64,000 nucleotides of DNA, taken from NCBI GenBank assembly GCA_002633005.1, contig NMRA01000106.1, forward strand, positions 787,655 to 851,654, given 5' to 3'. The number at the start of each line of letters is the position of its first letter. Position 1 is the stretch's first letter. The position numbers and the translations under genes are program-made. This document shows, one piece after another, positions 37,301-52,300 of the stretch. Under the pieces are notes generated by a model. That model was given only the letters and a program-made list of their open reading frames with translations. It searched no databases and was not told the origin of the DNA. The DNA comes from Phoronis australis. Its lineage: Eukaryota; Animalia; Phoronida.

Positions 37301-40300
37301 TTACTCCAGGTGATGGCTCGTGGTAACGAGGTCGTTCAACAACGGCTCTTTGACAGGCTAGACTCACTGCTGCAGGTGGAGGGCGCAGAACCTGAAATGG
37401 CTGACGCAATCACTGAGGTATGTGACAGTAGATGCTTCTGCTAGTAAGTAGCTTTCATTATTGCTTGGCCACATCATGTCTTTACAGTTGAAATAAACAG
37501 TTGAGTTGTACTGTATTCATCGTATGAGTACTCAATAAGGTAGGATTCATTAATCAGTTTTTCTTTGCCAGCAACAACTCAAAATGAGAATCCAGTGATA
37601 AGTGAACCAAAATGAAAGAAAAAAAAATTGTGTTACTTAATAGTCTGTTATAAATCAGTGTGCTTTGCAGGAAATCCTGGTTTTGAAGGAAGTCAAGATA
37701 GAAATTTTTTGACTTAAACATCACTTGATGCAGCCAACAGGGGGCATGTTGAGAATTAGATTTCCAAAGTTAATGTATAAAATAATTTTTCCTCTTGTTG
37801 TAAATGAAAGTCCTACTGAAAATATATTGCCAACTTTTTGTATTGTTTTAAAAAGCAAACAAAAAAGTTGTTGCCTTTGGTCATTAAATGAGCTATTTCC
37901 AACAATTGCTTCCTGTGGTATTGACAATAGCTATCTTTAAAGTCAGACCTGCAATGAATTTTAAAGTTTCCAAATTTCTGAAATTGATAGTTATAAATTT
38001 TGTATCCAGGTTTTCACCGGCAATAAGACCACTTGTCTGAAGATTCTACCTCATCAAATCCAGAAGATTATGAGCTTAGTGGCCAGCCATACGTCAAAAG
38101 CACCACAGTTCTTGGACCTGTTGAATGCCGTTGTGAAAGTGGAAGAGCTGGACCTCCCTCTGAAGAGAAATCAGGGCTATGTGATGACCTACTTCATGCA
38201 GTATAGGTCGGAGGTCGCATACATAATCGACCAACCAATGGAAGACAGGTAAGTTGAGCTGAGTCTGGCAGAGTTATTAAGGTTGTGGCTTCTTAGAGGT
38301 CTAATTATGAAATATTTTATCTGTTTCTTGTCTTGGCATGTCATGTTGAGATGATACGTGGATTTTAATGGTTTCTTTAAATTTGGGGTTGAGTACATTT
38401 TTGGATGTTTTCTCATGTCGAGCTTAGACTTGTAGTGTATCACATTTAATGACTTGTTGACGGCATGTCATTAAAGGCAATATGACTCCTTCGGCTGTAT
38501 CAAATGTTACTGATTTTAATTCTGTTCCTTCCACACTGCCCAAACAGGCAATGCACATGAATGTCATACATGTTTAGGAACTTCCGAAGTGACGAAATAT
38601 TAAATTCTACTTTGTTCTATGTTGTTTCATTTGATTAATTGTGGAAGTATGCATACGCAAGCTTCTTGTATGAGAAACAGTCTGTAAGGATAAGTGCTTT
38701 TGATAAATACGAAAACATGCATTAAACATCTTTGGGTTATAAGTATTTGTTACTTACAGTTCAGTATGTTACATGCAACTAGAAGATTTGTAATGATATA
38801 TAACTAATTTGTTGTTTACAGGAAGAAACTTCTTGTTGATGGTGACAGAAAGGAGCTGGTATACTTGATTTCATTGGTGGACTTACTGGCTACGTGTGCA
38901 GAGGTAATACAGACATGATATCATTTTGAGTTATAAAGTTAGCGTCTACTACTGTTCTGTGAAATACTGATCAGCATTTATCTGGATTTTGATTCTACTT
39001 AGAAGTGAAGATTTAGACCCATGGACCTTATTTATGTGAAGCTGTGCCTACGTCTTGAATGTCTACCTGCTTCTTTAGGTAAAGTGCTTCAGTACAGCTG
39101 AGAAGCAAATTTCAAAAATAGTTTGTTAGGGATACTTGACGTATCGGTTTCAAAATGGTTGATGTTGACTTGCATTCAACTTAACACTGTCTGATTGTTG
39201 AAGCTGTATTAAAAGTGTACAAAAGCACATTACTTTGGATGCAGGTTCGTGATTTTATATGTGCGCACATACATTAATCAGTTTTATTAAATGCATGTTA
39301 TAACATTATGTTTTCAAATAAATAAACAAAAAAATCACCATAGTTACTGGAAAAATAATTTTCATGAATAAATCCATAAATGTGTGTTTAGGTGCACGAC
39401 TGCTTGCTGGAATGTTAGAAATCAGCAACACTGAAACAAAGAGTTTAATTTTGCTATTCATTGGTGTGTTATATAACAGCACTATGTGTATTCCAGGGTG
39501 AGAACCGATTCATCGAGTCAATCTGTCAGACAATATTTGGGGTTGATGAGTTACTAGACATTCTCAACAACGAGAGCATCAGTAACAACTTCAAGAGACC
39601 ATATCTCCGATTCTTTCTCTGGGTATACCTCAACACGGCCGGTGGAATGATAGAGAGTGGCTCAGGAGACTTGCCTCACGATCCGTGAGTCTTTAAATTT
39701 CAGTGTTTCTGGTTGTAAAATTGCATTGAGGTTGGTGTCATTGACTGGCTGGTTATGTTCCTTAGATTGATCAGATAAATAACACCGAGGAACTTTAAGT
39801 CAGTAGGTGGCGCTAGTGAAACAACTGCCCTACCTTTACAAATGTTTACATTCAAGTCGCATGGAAATCTTGTCACATAAATAACCACACCCTCTGGTAA
39901 GCAGGCAACTCACATTAATGCCTCTGTTAATATCAAGTTACCATTTGTTCTGGAAATGTTTTGTAATGCTCATATTTACAATGAACATTGGTCAGGTAAT
40001 ACACCATGTGTTGTTCCAAAATTATGAGGTTACTCGGCAGAAGCCAGACGGTGTTGTTTTCCACCTCACTGATATTTAAAATCATGAAGACATCAAAATG
40101 CACTGAAAATTGTATGCACTTGAGCATAGGTTAAAGATCAGGAAGAGAGATAGGGTGAGAGATGATGCATTGGTTGACATTTTGCAAAGTGAAATCATTG
40201 AAAAAAATCATTGTAGTATAATATACAAAAAAAAATTAAAGGACTGTTGGAAGTAAATGGTAATCTAAAAAATTAATTTTAACATTTTGCTGATTATGAT

Positions 40301-43300
40301 GAGGAGAGTTCTGATTGGATATGTCATTCTCAATTTAGCCGTGTGTGGCAATACATCAACGGCCTGAATGCCAACATCAGCGCCCTCAATGGCTACTGCA
40401 AGAACGAGCCAGAGAAAGTTAAACACATGCTGAAGAAGGCTCCGTCCAAAAGGTGAGGAGAACGAAAATAGGACTAGTGCGTCAATCAATCACTTGTTTT
40501 GTCAGCAGTAACACGCACTGAAATACAGATTCTACCAATTTGACGGAAACAGCTTACTGTTTAATTTTGAATTGTTTTTGCAATTTAAAAGTTGCAATCT
40601 TTCTTTAATCGTAATGAGATTTACTGTCTTTTTTAAGAATTGTTATTGAGGTGCTCTCTGAAATATACTTGCTAATTGCTTCATCTTTCTCAAATCCTGT
40701 TAATGGGTATTTTTAACTCTTTCCGTAAAATGACCATTGCTTTCAATAAGCTTCAATTTAACACGAATTTTGTACTATTCTGTAAATATTATCTTTATTA
40801 AATAAGTTCTTTAACATTGATTTCAATCAAAACTTGGTGTTTCTTCCTCCTCTGATGAGTCATACTAGGTTTTCCTTATAAATATTTACGCTTTACTGAC
40901 CAAAGAAATCTATTGTAGTCTCGTCAGATTTTTGGGTTGTAAAAATAGTTTCATTTTCTCAATTGTATAATCCCTCGAATCATTTGAACATGACTTGTAT
41001 TTGAAGCACTAAGTGCAACAAGAATCTTGTTTATGGCAAATATTTTTGTCAAGCTGATAAATCTGTTTTGAAAATTCTCATTAGATATCAATGATGTAAA
41101 TATAATATATTTTCATTTTGTTTTATTATTTGTGGTCTAGATTTTTACTGAATATTAATTGATTTGTGAACTCAATTTCTCTCAGTGACAATGGCAAAGC
41201 TTCCAAAAGGCTGGAATCCAAATTTAAATTACCCCCCATAAATGGTGCTACAAGTGTGTAAGTTATGCTTCTAGATGGCTAGTTCATGCACCGCTTGGAG
41301 GTTCAATTGGGATAATTGGGATATTTCAGCATTTTCTGTCTCAAATACTCACATGTTTATTATAACTTGTGTGAAGACTGCTGATGTGCGAAGCTGCATC
41401 CTTGACACGACATGTCGGTAAAATTCAGAAGTCAGTTTGGAAAAATTCTGTGCTGTCTTACCTTGCGTACCTATTCTGCGGTGGATCTATGATTTTACTC
41501 ATTCAGTCTCAAAATATAATGACAGAAAATGGAATGTCAACAAAGAGGTCATTTATTGAGGGTAGGTTTATAACACAGAACCACCCATAGATCCACCATA
41601 TTGCAAATGTGACATCTGTCTGTCAAACCATATATGGAAAAAGGCGGGATTTGTATGCTGATCTGCTGTGTCAAAGCACATATCACTGGCAAGCTTAGTG
41701 TGGCACTACTCCTTCTACATCCCATTTGAACCTTCAAGTGTGTCTAATCAGTGGGTGGATCCTTCTTCTGTTTAATATTAATTTTCATTTTAGTTGCTGT
41801 TGTTTCTTGATGTTTTCAGATTATTGCTACATTTCTCATTCAGTTATTGTTGGAGTTTCTGATAAATCATTAAATTTGAAAGTTGGTGACAAAAGTAATC
41901 GTCAAAAGAATTCCCAAAGGAAATCAAACAGCATCTAAGTGCAGGGTGACGTTTTAAGCAATCTTATTTAACATTCTCACAAAACAGTATTTTAACACGA
42001 CTCAGTTTAACTCTTATAGCACACCAGCAAAGACAAGGATTGTGGCACGAATCCATTATCATTCGTAATGTCTTTCTGTTGCGGACAGTTAACAAAACTT
42101 TGGCCATTTTCTAAAAGGGAACAATGGCATGAGTGTACATTTATGAGGAATTGGAAACCAAAGTAAAAACAGACTGAAATGCCTAGATTTGGATTAATCT
42201 TAACTTAAAATTCATTGCTAAAATAAGTTGTGCATGATGCAGTGTACTGTCCTGCGCAGTATGCATCATAACCTCTGGAAGATTGCTGTTGTCTCTGAAA
42301 AATAAAATTATAGTGTCTGAGATTTTACGCGGTTTTGAGCATCAAGCCGAATTCACCATCATCGTAGTCTTCCCTCATGACCAAAAATGAGGTTGATTTA
42401 ACAGGAAAGTTAGTAGCTGGGGTGGCTAAGCCTAGAATTTTGGTGCCGCAATAATTTTTACCAGTAATTTTTGTGAGAAAACTGCATTGTGTCTGATTAT
42501 TTTTGTCTTGTACTGTAATATGATTGTGTTTATAGGACGTTAGTAGTGCTGTAAGACCGATAAGATTTACTGACTTAAAGTGTCAATATCAGTGAGAAAA
42601 GCAGTTTTCTGGGTTCAACTCCAAAGTGGAATCGAATTCGTGACCTCAGTGGTGACGGTGCGATGCTTTATTTGCAGAATTAAACCCCAATCAATAAAAG
42701 GCAGGTTATTTTGAGGATATTTCTCTGGTAAAGCTGCCTGGCCTTGATTTCAGGGAATGTTTTCATACTTTAAGTTAGTAAAATTACAAAAACAACATTA
42801 GCTTATTGTTTTATAGCTCTCATCGAAACTGACAACTTCAAGATGTCCATTCCATTCAACAATCTTAGTAGGCATTTTGTGGACGTAAAACCGGTTACGT
42901 CCATTTAAAAAAGAAGACACAATCCACAAATAGTGTTTTTACTTCATTTCATTATTTTAATTGAAGTTTTGTCTTTCTTTACTACTCAAAATTGTAGAAA
43001 ATGTAAAATGTAGCTGTATCTTCGCTATGACGATGCAGTACCGCCCCCTGCTGGGAGTCTCCTTACTAGTCAATGTGATGTGGACGGGGGGGACGACTTG
43101 TAATTAGGTGTCATTGTTTTGCTTAGATAAATAGTAGGTTATGAGAAGGAACTTGATAAGCCATGTTAGGTGTTTGTTATCAATAAAAATCCAAGTGATT
43201 TCATACTTATTGATTGTATATATATTTCATTGAAGACACGACTTTGATCTGATTTTACTAGTTTAATTTCTGTTCTTTCCAACTCTCTAAATAAAGACAA

Positions 43301-46300
43301 GATCTCTATTTAGAGAGTTTGAAAGAACTGGAATTAAACTACTAGTAAAAACAGATCAAAGTCTTGTCTTCAATGAAATATGTATACGAGAAAGATTACT
43401 GCCAAATTACAGACTTATTGATTGATGAGCATTTAATCCAGAATATGATTAAAGGATGTTGATGGAACAAGGCAATCTTGAAGAGGTCACAAATTCCTTA
43501 ATTCACCAAATGAATTTAGAGATAGGGTAACTTTAAGTGTATTCGTGGTTACTACATTCAGGTGTGGTGTTGCACTGTGATTGGTTGAGCCCCCAGAGTT
43601 TGACATACCAACCTTCCATGACCTTTAATAATTCATTCGTAAGACAGACAAATCTTGTTTTGAACTGAGTATTTTGTGTGCACCCAAACAGTATTGATTC
43701 CAAATAAGCTACTTAGTACTTACTAATTTTAGTTTTTTCTATTTGTAAATTGTTTGATAATCTTTTGATGTTTAGTTATAATTGGTGTTATATCCCGTGA
43801 TTTTTCTAAATCTTTGTTGTGGTGTTGTTATTGTATTGTGCGAATATTATTTGGTTCAGTTGGTGTGGAATTGCAGAGTTAGTTTGTTGTTTAGATATTG
43901 AAATGTATCGTAGTTTTAGTTGATGGAGCTGCATTCAAAATATTATGTGATGATTTTTGGAAAAAATGTTATATTTTGTTTGTTCAAGAACTGTTAGTCC
44001 ATGAACGAAGAGAAAGTTATCTTTTTCATTATTTTTCTTTTATTTAAGTGGAATTGTACCATCCACAAATAGTTTGACTCGAAAGATTCCCTGGAATCTT
44101 ATTTTACGAAGTGTTTAGTAATAATATTTTCAACTATGTAGACTTAACCCTGTGGACGCTTTTTGAAAGAAATCTTAGCTTGTGTTCTATTTCAATGCTT
44201 TTCAGCAAGCACTTGTGCCATCTTCAGAAATTCAGAATCATAACATACAAGTTCTGTTATAATTTTACTGTTTCGTTTATGAATGGTTTAACATCAGGCA
44301 CGTCTAACAAATTAAAGTGATGTTTAAGTGGATATTATTCGTTGCTTGCAGTGAACAGACAGATGCAGATGAACATATTTACCACGCATCTCTTCACTAC
44401 ATGTTTGAAGCCGTCTTGCCATTCCTTCAGGTATGTTAAACACCATATGCATCATAATATTATTAGTCATCATCTTGAAGGTAAAATATTCAGATTTGGC
44501 AAGAATTTCAGTATTTACAATCTTTTACAGTCAATATCTGTATTAAACAGAATGTTAATAATTATTATGTCATTTTCCCTGCAGAATACACTGCAGTTTT
44601 CTCAATAAACATCCTTGCGAAACCATTGGCTAAAGGATTTTGAAATGTAAAGTTCAATGATGTATATGGAGTGAAATGGGTTCAATTTAATGGACAGGTG
44701 CAATTTTCAAAAAAATCTTAATACTTAACTGTTGGGTCCATTTCATGTAATTATTAATTTTAACAGGCTGGAGGTTAAATTTTCTGCTTGTTTTTGTTTT
44801 GATGATCTTGCTCCATTTACTTTTTAAATTTATTGACAGTACGTGTGTTGTTGCAGGTGTTTTTCCGTGGGTACTATTCTCCAGACAGAGTGAACTTCCC
44901 TGGAGAGGCTGACCATGTAGACAAACTGGCCAACACTCTTGTGGTGAGATACTTACATGAACAAGGAACTTGCATTGTACAATGATGATTTCCTGACTAT
45001 TACTGTCATTTTCACCACTATCACCATCATAACAGTGATTCTTCTCCTAAAATTGCCAAAATTGTCATTTTTCTAGTTTTCTGAAGCCAATTTCCGTAGT
45101 GTTAGTGGCAGACACTTTATCAAATGTTGCATCATGACACGTACACTGTACAAACCAAGCTAGTCATAAACTAAAATTCTCTTTGTGGATATATTGGCAA
45201 AATACAATTCCACCTGTGAGCCGTGTTGTGTGTTAAATACAAGAAGAATTACCGTAGTATCATCATCTTCAATATCACTATTGATATATTATTACTGTGA
45301 TGATGATATTATTATTATTGTTATTTTTATTGTTACTATTTGTAATTATTATTAAGTTATTACATTATCATTCTGTTATTATGTTATTGCTTATTACTGC
45401 TAGTAGTAGTAGCAGCCGCAGTAGCACCTGAATTATTGTATTATTGTTATCATGGTACTATAATTGGAAGATGCTTTCTCAGTCTGTAATAAAACACCAA
45501 TGGAATTATTATGTGGATAGAGTTATAGTTTTTTGATATGTCTTACCAGCCTTTAGTGTTTTCATTCATTCATGTTACAGGAGTGCTAGTGACCTCTGTT
45601 GGACTTTTGTCTTTTCCCTTTTGTATGTCTAAGTATTATCATTTCATTTCAGGCATTCTCCGATGTGATTGGTCCTCTTGTCAGTAGCAGTACACATATG
45701 AAGGTCATGATTGCCTGCATGAACTCTGTACTATCCGCCTCCACACTTCCTGTTAAGGTGCAGTAGTTTATGGCTCTAAAAACTTACCCATAAACCCAGT
45801 AGTTTAAAGGGGAAAACCAAAATTTTTGATGTTTCTTTTTCTTAAAATCAAAATTCCTGGTTATATTAAAGAGATATTCTTCAGCACTTATTATCATGTC
45901 CCCCTGCCCACCCCTTTGGCAGCAATAGAGAGGTGACATGAGTTACCTAGCAAAAGGCCCACCCCAATGTTCTGCATGCATTCACTTCCTTGTGTCCAAT
46001 GCTACGTTTGCTTAGGGCAGCTGAATGCGTCCTTTCCCCGTGAAAGTATCTGATGGACACTTTTTCCTTGCATGTGCCTCCTTGTAGTCAAGTTTTAAAG
46101 GAAATGGTTGCCATCCATGCTTTAGTACATTGTGAAAATGTTCACAGACATTTGTATAAATTAAACCATTTCATTGTTAGCCAAGTAATTGACTTGCTAG
46201 TAGTTAATTATGTAATGAATCTGACACTTTATGGCAAACACTTCTAACAAGTGCTCATTCTTAATTTGCCAGATAGTAAAAAATTACTTTAGGTTCTTTA

Positions 46301-49300
46301 GGAGCCTTAAATAGTGTCCAAATGTTTCCAACGTCATATCTCTGAAATTGGTGATCGAATTGATGTGAAACTTTCAGATATTCTGCTCCATGTACTCTTT
46401 TCCAGTTTGGAATGAGGGACTATTGAAAATTACACTATAAAAATCATAAGTTGTATAAAACGAAAAGGCAAATTTAATGATAATTTAGAAAACCGTAACA
46501 CTATTTTTGAGATTGACCTTGAACATTTACATATTAAAGGAAATTTTGTCTTGTTGTTGATACCGTTGTTCTGTCATTGCTGTAAATAGCAAGAGTTCCA
46601 TTTTTGTTAAAATTTACTTAAAAGACATGGTCACGTCATCCAATCAATGTCAGTTTAGTAAGAAAAGTTAAAAATAAAATCCTACAAGCTTTCTACTTTC
46701 AGAAAATACATAATATTACTGGGCAAAATCTATAGTTTTGTGGTTATTTGGCTAAATACAAAACTTGTTTATAAGGCCCTTCACAGCCTTTATACACAGC
46801 CTTGTTTATAAGACCCTGTCACTGTGTTGTTGATGTTCGCTGTATGGTGACTTTTACCTCCCTGATTTTTAAGGAAGTACAAATGAAACTAAGTGACATT
46901 TAGTTTATTAAGTTTGTGATTAAGCAGAATCCTTTACTGTTTTATGCTGTCAGGATCCTTTGTTACCTTCAAGGAATGCGTCGAAGGTGAATACATGTTG
47001 CCATGTTTTAGATTTTATAAAATTATTTTGTGCTTCAGATTTCTACATGTTGTATGGTAGTGTATTTTTTGCATTCATTTCGTGAAAAGTGACTTAAGAA
47101 TTAACCTAGAAATTTGGTCTGAGGCACAACATTCTATTTCTGAAAACTATTGAATCTCACTTGAGCAAAATTTCATCGTCTCTGAGATTATTCAGATAAG
47201 TGCTAATTACCGAGATAATTAAGTATTTCTGGACTGTGATTGGCTCTTAAATTATTGGGTAAACCTTAATTCAACAATCGACCTATCGCAAGCTCCACCC
47301 CCTTGTGTAATGTTGACTAACAAACAATAAGTTTTACCAGGCAACGTGTTGTTTGTTGGGTAAAATGGCGGCTTGGAAACAAAGGTGTGTCAATAATGCT
47401 GCATTCTAAATGGTCAGTTAAGCCGTCACTCAAAATCCTGGCAATAGGTCAGTTGTACAGTGGGAGGATCAAAGACCAAATTTCTTTCTTAAGTCTCCTT
47501 TAAGTCACTTTGATGAAACACACCCATGGTAGGTTTACCTATTATTTGTCTATTTATAGGTGTGGGTTTACGACAATTAGTAATTCAGAACATTGAATAG
47601 AAAAACACTCATTTAATGTACATTTATATGAGTGGTTGTTTTTTATTGACTGTGACTTACTTCCACTTTAATTAGTTTATGCTGTCTTAGCTTGTTTTAT
47701 GATTTGTGTCTGAGTTGGATCTCATTTACTATACTCATAAGACATCTGTTTTAAACCATTTTTGTATTATCGTCAAAGTTTGGTAATTTGCTCAGATGAA
47801 CGTTTAAATATCCTCTTGTGGCAGATTCGTGCAAGATGAATTAGAATTCAGTTAACAATTTTACAGAACAATCTGTTCAACTCAATGATAACATTCTCTA
47901 TAGGACACTACATTGCACTCAACAAACATTGTTTAACTTGCAGGTGATGGAACAGTTCCAGGAGAAGTATGGCGGACAGGAAGTGGTTCAGGACATCAAA
48001 AGTGATGCTAGGAGGGTAGGTTTTTGGAGATAAACCTAATAATATTTTTTTTCAAAATAATTATGTAGTCACATGCTGGAATGCATAGAATAGCTGACTG
48101 ATCGGACATTAGTCGTGCTGCTTGATGTTTTGTACTGTCTTGTAATACAGGCTTACATAACTGTCAGGTTAAATCAACAAGGAATTAATAATGGTTCTAT
48201 GGGGCACAGACCCTATAACGTGGTATGTAAGCACCTGCAGATCTTTGTGATTTTTTGATTTGAAGGTTTTTAATATTTTGTTTATGGTAAAATTGTATTG
48301 AATTGCTGCACGGATGGCATGTCACTGTGCGCAATGTTTTGTGTGCTGGAAATTTGTATTTTCAAATATTGAATAGCTGCAAGGATGGCAGGTCACTGTG
48401 TGCAATGTTTTGTGTGCTGGAAATTTGTATTTTGGACTAGAACAAGTTCTATGATTTTCGTACATTCAACTGTGGCAGTGTGTGAGAAATTGCTTTCCTA
48501 GTGTGAAAATAAGTTTTGATTACAAGGCTTCATTCTCCTACCAGCTGGGTGGAAATTTGGATTGCTGTTAGATAAGTTTCTTGGGTGAGCTGTTTGCAGT
48601 TGTCTCCACTGTATGAGTGGAATCGTTTATTGGTTAGGATTTTTTTGATTATTGACATAATCAATTCTTAAACTAATCTATTCCACAATATTTGGTCCCT
48701 TCCATTTTGTTGAAAATATTGCAGACTATGTATGACATAACAGTTGGCTGCAAACAGTAACTACACACTGATATGTGGTCTTCAGTAGCTCAGCGGTAAG
48801 AGCACTAGACCGGCAGTCTAAGAGACCTGTGGTTCAATTCCCAATTGGGGTACCTGATTTTTCCGTAATTTGACATATTTCACTATTGGCCAACCTTAGC
48901 GTCTATATATTTATAGAATTTTAAAGTATATCTTAGGGGCAATTTCTTACATCTGCCAAGCTTAGAACCTGAATTCCTCTAATCTTTCCTTGTGGACATC
49001 ACTACTAAGATCTGTTGTATGTGCTTATCCGTAAACAGACGATACTTGGCCCTGTTGATGTTCTCTCAGGGCAATTCTGGAGTATTTTTGAATTATATAA
49101 TGCATGTAACGTTTATAACTGTGGAATCGGCCGGGCGTGTCCAAATGCTGTTATGTGCCATTTTTCTTTCACTTACTTTAATTTGTTGTGAGTGTAGTGT
49201 TGTAAGCGGTTCTTATCAATTAAAGTCTTTATTTTTAATGAATGTAGTTCATGTTGTTGAAAGTATTCTAGTCATTGTTTCCCCTCTTACGACCGATTTC

Positions 49301-52300
49301 AAAGCTCTTGCTCTTCGATTTTACTCGCAATCTTTTCAGTTACAAATAAATGTTTTTTATAAAATAATGAGCTACCCCTATAATAAGATGTGAGACATTA
49401 AGAGTATTTTACAAGCTGAAGTGAGAGTATTGTGAAGTCAATAATAATGTGAAGGGAAAGTAGTGTGAAGGGAGACAATAATATTTCAAGTTCGACCAAA
49501 TGGAACTGCTTACCTAGTTACAGTATTGTAACAATAAATAGAGTAAAAATTGAAGCTGATTAAATTTCCAATCTGTCACTACTCAAACAAGAGTTTTTAT
49601 TGTCAGAGTCTGACACCAGAAGCACAACACAGATATGACGTATTACCCAATGATACCTTATCAGCTAGTCTATTAATAATTGAAAATAATAATTCATTCT
49701 TATTAAATATGTGTTATTATGGTTACCTATAAAGCATTTCAATAATTACTTTAATATTATGAGGTTATCTTGATATTTCATGAGACTGGTTTTGTGTACG
49801 AAACATAAGTTCTTCAAAAATCTAGAAAGAAGTTTTCTGGTTAATACTTACAGAAATATGAGAGAGAGTACGCAGGGGAGGAAGAGTTGAATGCCCAGCT
49901 GAACGTGTTTGCCGTGAACTTTAGTATGGCATATGGAGGACAAAATACAGTGGAAAAACAGCTGGGGATACAGAGTGACAGAGGTACGAGTTCTAAGTGT
50001 CTTAAATAGGACGAAGTTTGGAATATAACAAAAAGAAGAAAATTATCGTGAAAAGATCTATTTTTTTCTAGTTGCCTATATTTACCTCGACATTGAGGAT
50101 GTTAAGTACTAGTTTCTGCCAATACCTGTTTTTACTAAAATTGATTATGTTTTACTTGAAAATGATAGTTATAAATATCTTAAATGTAATGAAATTATAG
50201 TGTGAGATTTTGCTGATTTGTTCATTCAGGCAATGTGCTAAGTTTGATGGAAAGTATTTGAAATGTTTTTTACTTCAGAATATACCGAGATTGGAGGTGA
50301 TGATGAGCTCCCTCTAGGGGAGGAGTTTCAACGATTTGTTGCCATGTTTGTTGATGATACTAAGACAGCTGGGCAAATGTACATCTTAGCGGAGAAACTT
50401 GTGGAACAGCTTGAGTAAGTGGATGAATTGACTTTGCCGCTATCTTTGCAGTAATCTTTCTGCATGCCCGAACGCTTCACAAACGTACTCTTCTGTAAGA
50501 GACTTCTTTAGAGAACACTTGAAATTAATAAGTAATTCCTCATTCTGTGAACAATACACAACAAAAGCAATGAGTCAAAATGCAGTTTTCTGTTATGATG
50601 GCCAATTCTACTGACAGAAAAAGTTTCTGGTAATTACCATGAGATTATATTAGCAAAATTCTGGTTACAGAATAGCTTAGCCACCTCACTATATTTCCTG
50701 TGAATTGTCCTTCATTGTGGGTCATGAGAGAAGACTTCTCTGACAGTGAATTCAGCTTCTATCCAGCCATCACGACTGGGAATTCTGGGTCATTTTGTAT
50801 GAATACTTTTGGCATGTACTGTAACTCTTTGTTGAGTTTGAAAAAGTAAAATTGTCCATGTGCAAATGCGTCACTAGTGTTCACTCGTATAAGATTTTTT
50901 GAGTAAGAGTTCACAAAAGAAGATTTAGTATTTCTTCATTCTCAATAACTCTCTTTTGAGTTTGAAAAAATGAAAATCTCCATGCACAAAATGCTTCATA
51001 GAATTTTTTGCGAGACTTCCCGAAAAGACGAAATTCTTCATTCTAAATAATTCCCTTTTGATTTTGTAAAAACATTACAAAATGATGTTTTTTTCTGAAG
51101 GCTGTGTGTATAGTCATGTATTACTACGGTAAAATCTCTCTGTCCTTATCAGGATACATTGGAGTTTCTTCAAAATTGGACGAGCTCAAAAATGGAAAAA
51201 ATAATAATTTTTTGACAGCCCGAAGTCAGTGAGATTTTACCGTGATACTAATTTCGCAGATTTCTACAAACCTATTCTAAGAGGGATTGATGAGAAGTCT
51301 AATTTTTGGCTAGGGTGTAACCTTCTATGCATCTATGCATGTAATTGTAACTGTTGTTACCCAACCACAGTATAACTACAGATACCAAATTCATGCTGCA
51401 TTATTTCTCAGACTACAATTCTAGTGCACGTGCACTGATTGTATAGCAGTAGTCACTTAAGGGGTCCCCATTGGGTTTGAAAATTGCAGGTGTGTTCCGC
51501 ATACTTAGGATACTCTTGAGAAAATCCTTGGTTACGTGCTTCAGTTGTAAGGCATGACAGTATCTCACGAAGTCTTGTGTGATCTTACGTTTTTGCAAGT
51601 TTGTTAAGTCCACGTAATATAGCCCTGTTTAATGCCTATTATTTAGTGAAGAAACTGATTCTCAAAATCTGGGACCTCTGTAAGTGACTTTTGCGGTTTT
51701 TGTTTTGCAAACTGAACACGTGTAATGTCAGGAAATGAACTAAGGCCAGTCATTAAAGTGCTAAGTAAATCCCTGCATTTATTTGTTGTTGCAGTATATC
51801 TGCGTCTCACACGTCGCTGTCTGAGAAGGACAGAGTGGAGCAGCAGAGACTGGACGTCAAATGTCTGCAGCTGTTACGGGCGTTGATACACAACGAGATT
51901 GTTAAGTTACCTGAAGACTGGGAGTTGGATCTGAAGTCAAACAAAAAGTAAGCGTTTTGACAGTGATCTGTATGGTGGTGGAAACAAAATATTCTGCAGT
52001 CAAGGCAAGGACATAGATATTGATTTTGATATTCTACTCATACTCATAAAACAACAGTAGTAGGTCGAGTAGTTCGCATTCTACTTTAAACTTAAAAACA
52101 TAATGTGCACACCAGATTGGCTTCCGATTGTTCCTTTTTTAAGTTACTTTTCATTAACTTGTTATTTACTATGAATTTTTGTGTATTGATGCTTTGTCTG
52201 TTGATGATTAAACTGGAAAAGGTGAAATCAAGTGATTAAAGTTAAAATAATTCATGTTTGCAAAAGGGCTATTAAATTTACTGTTTTATGATTGTATTTA

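Noticed and set aside
41726-41938. Alternative terminal exon (SDKSLNLKVGDKSNRQKNSQRKSNSI)
   Set aside because: No family similarity and no convincing phase-compatible acceptor; probably a chance ORF.
48778-48865. Functional tRNA gene
   Set aside because: A and B boxes are present, but the acceptor stem does not pair cleanly and the variable region is irregular. Better explained as a SINE head; tRNAscan-SE would settle it.
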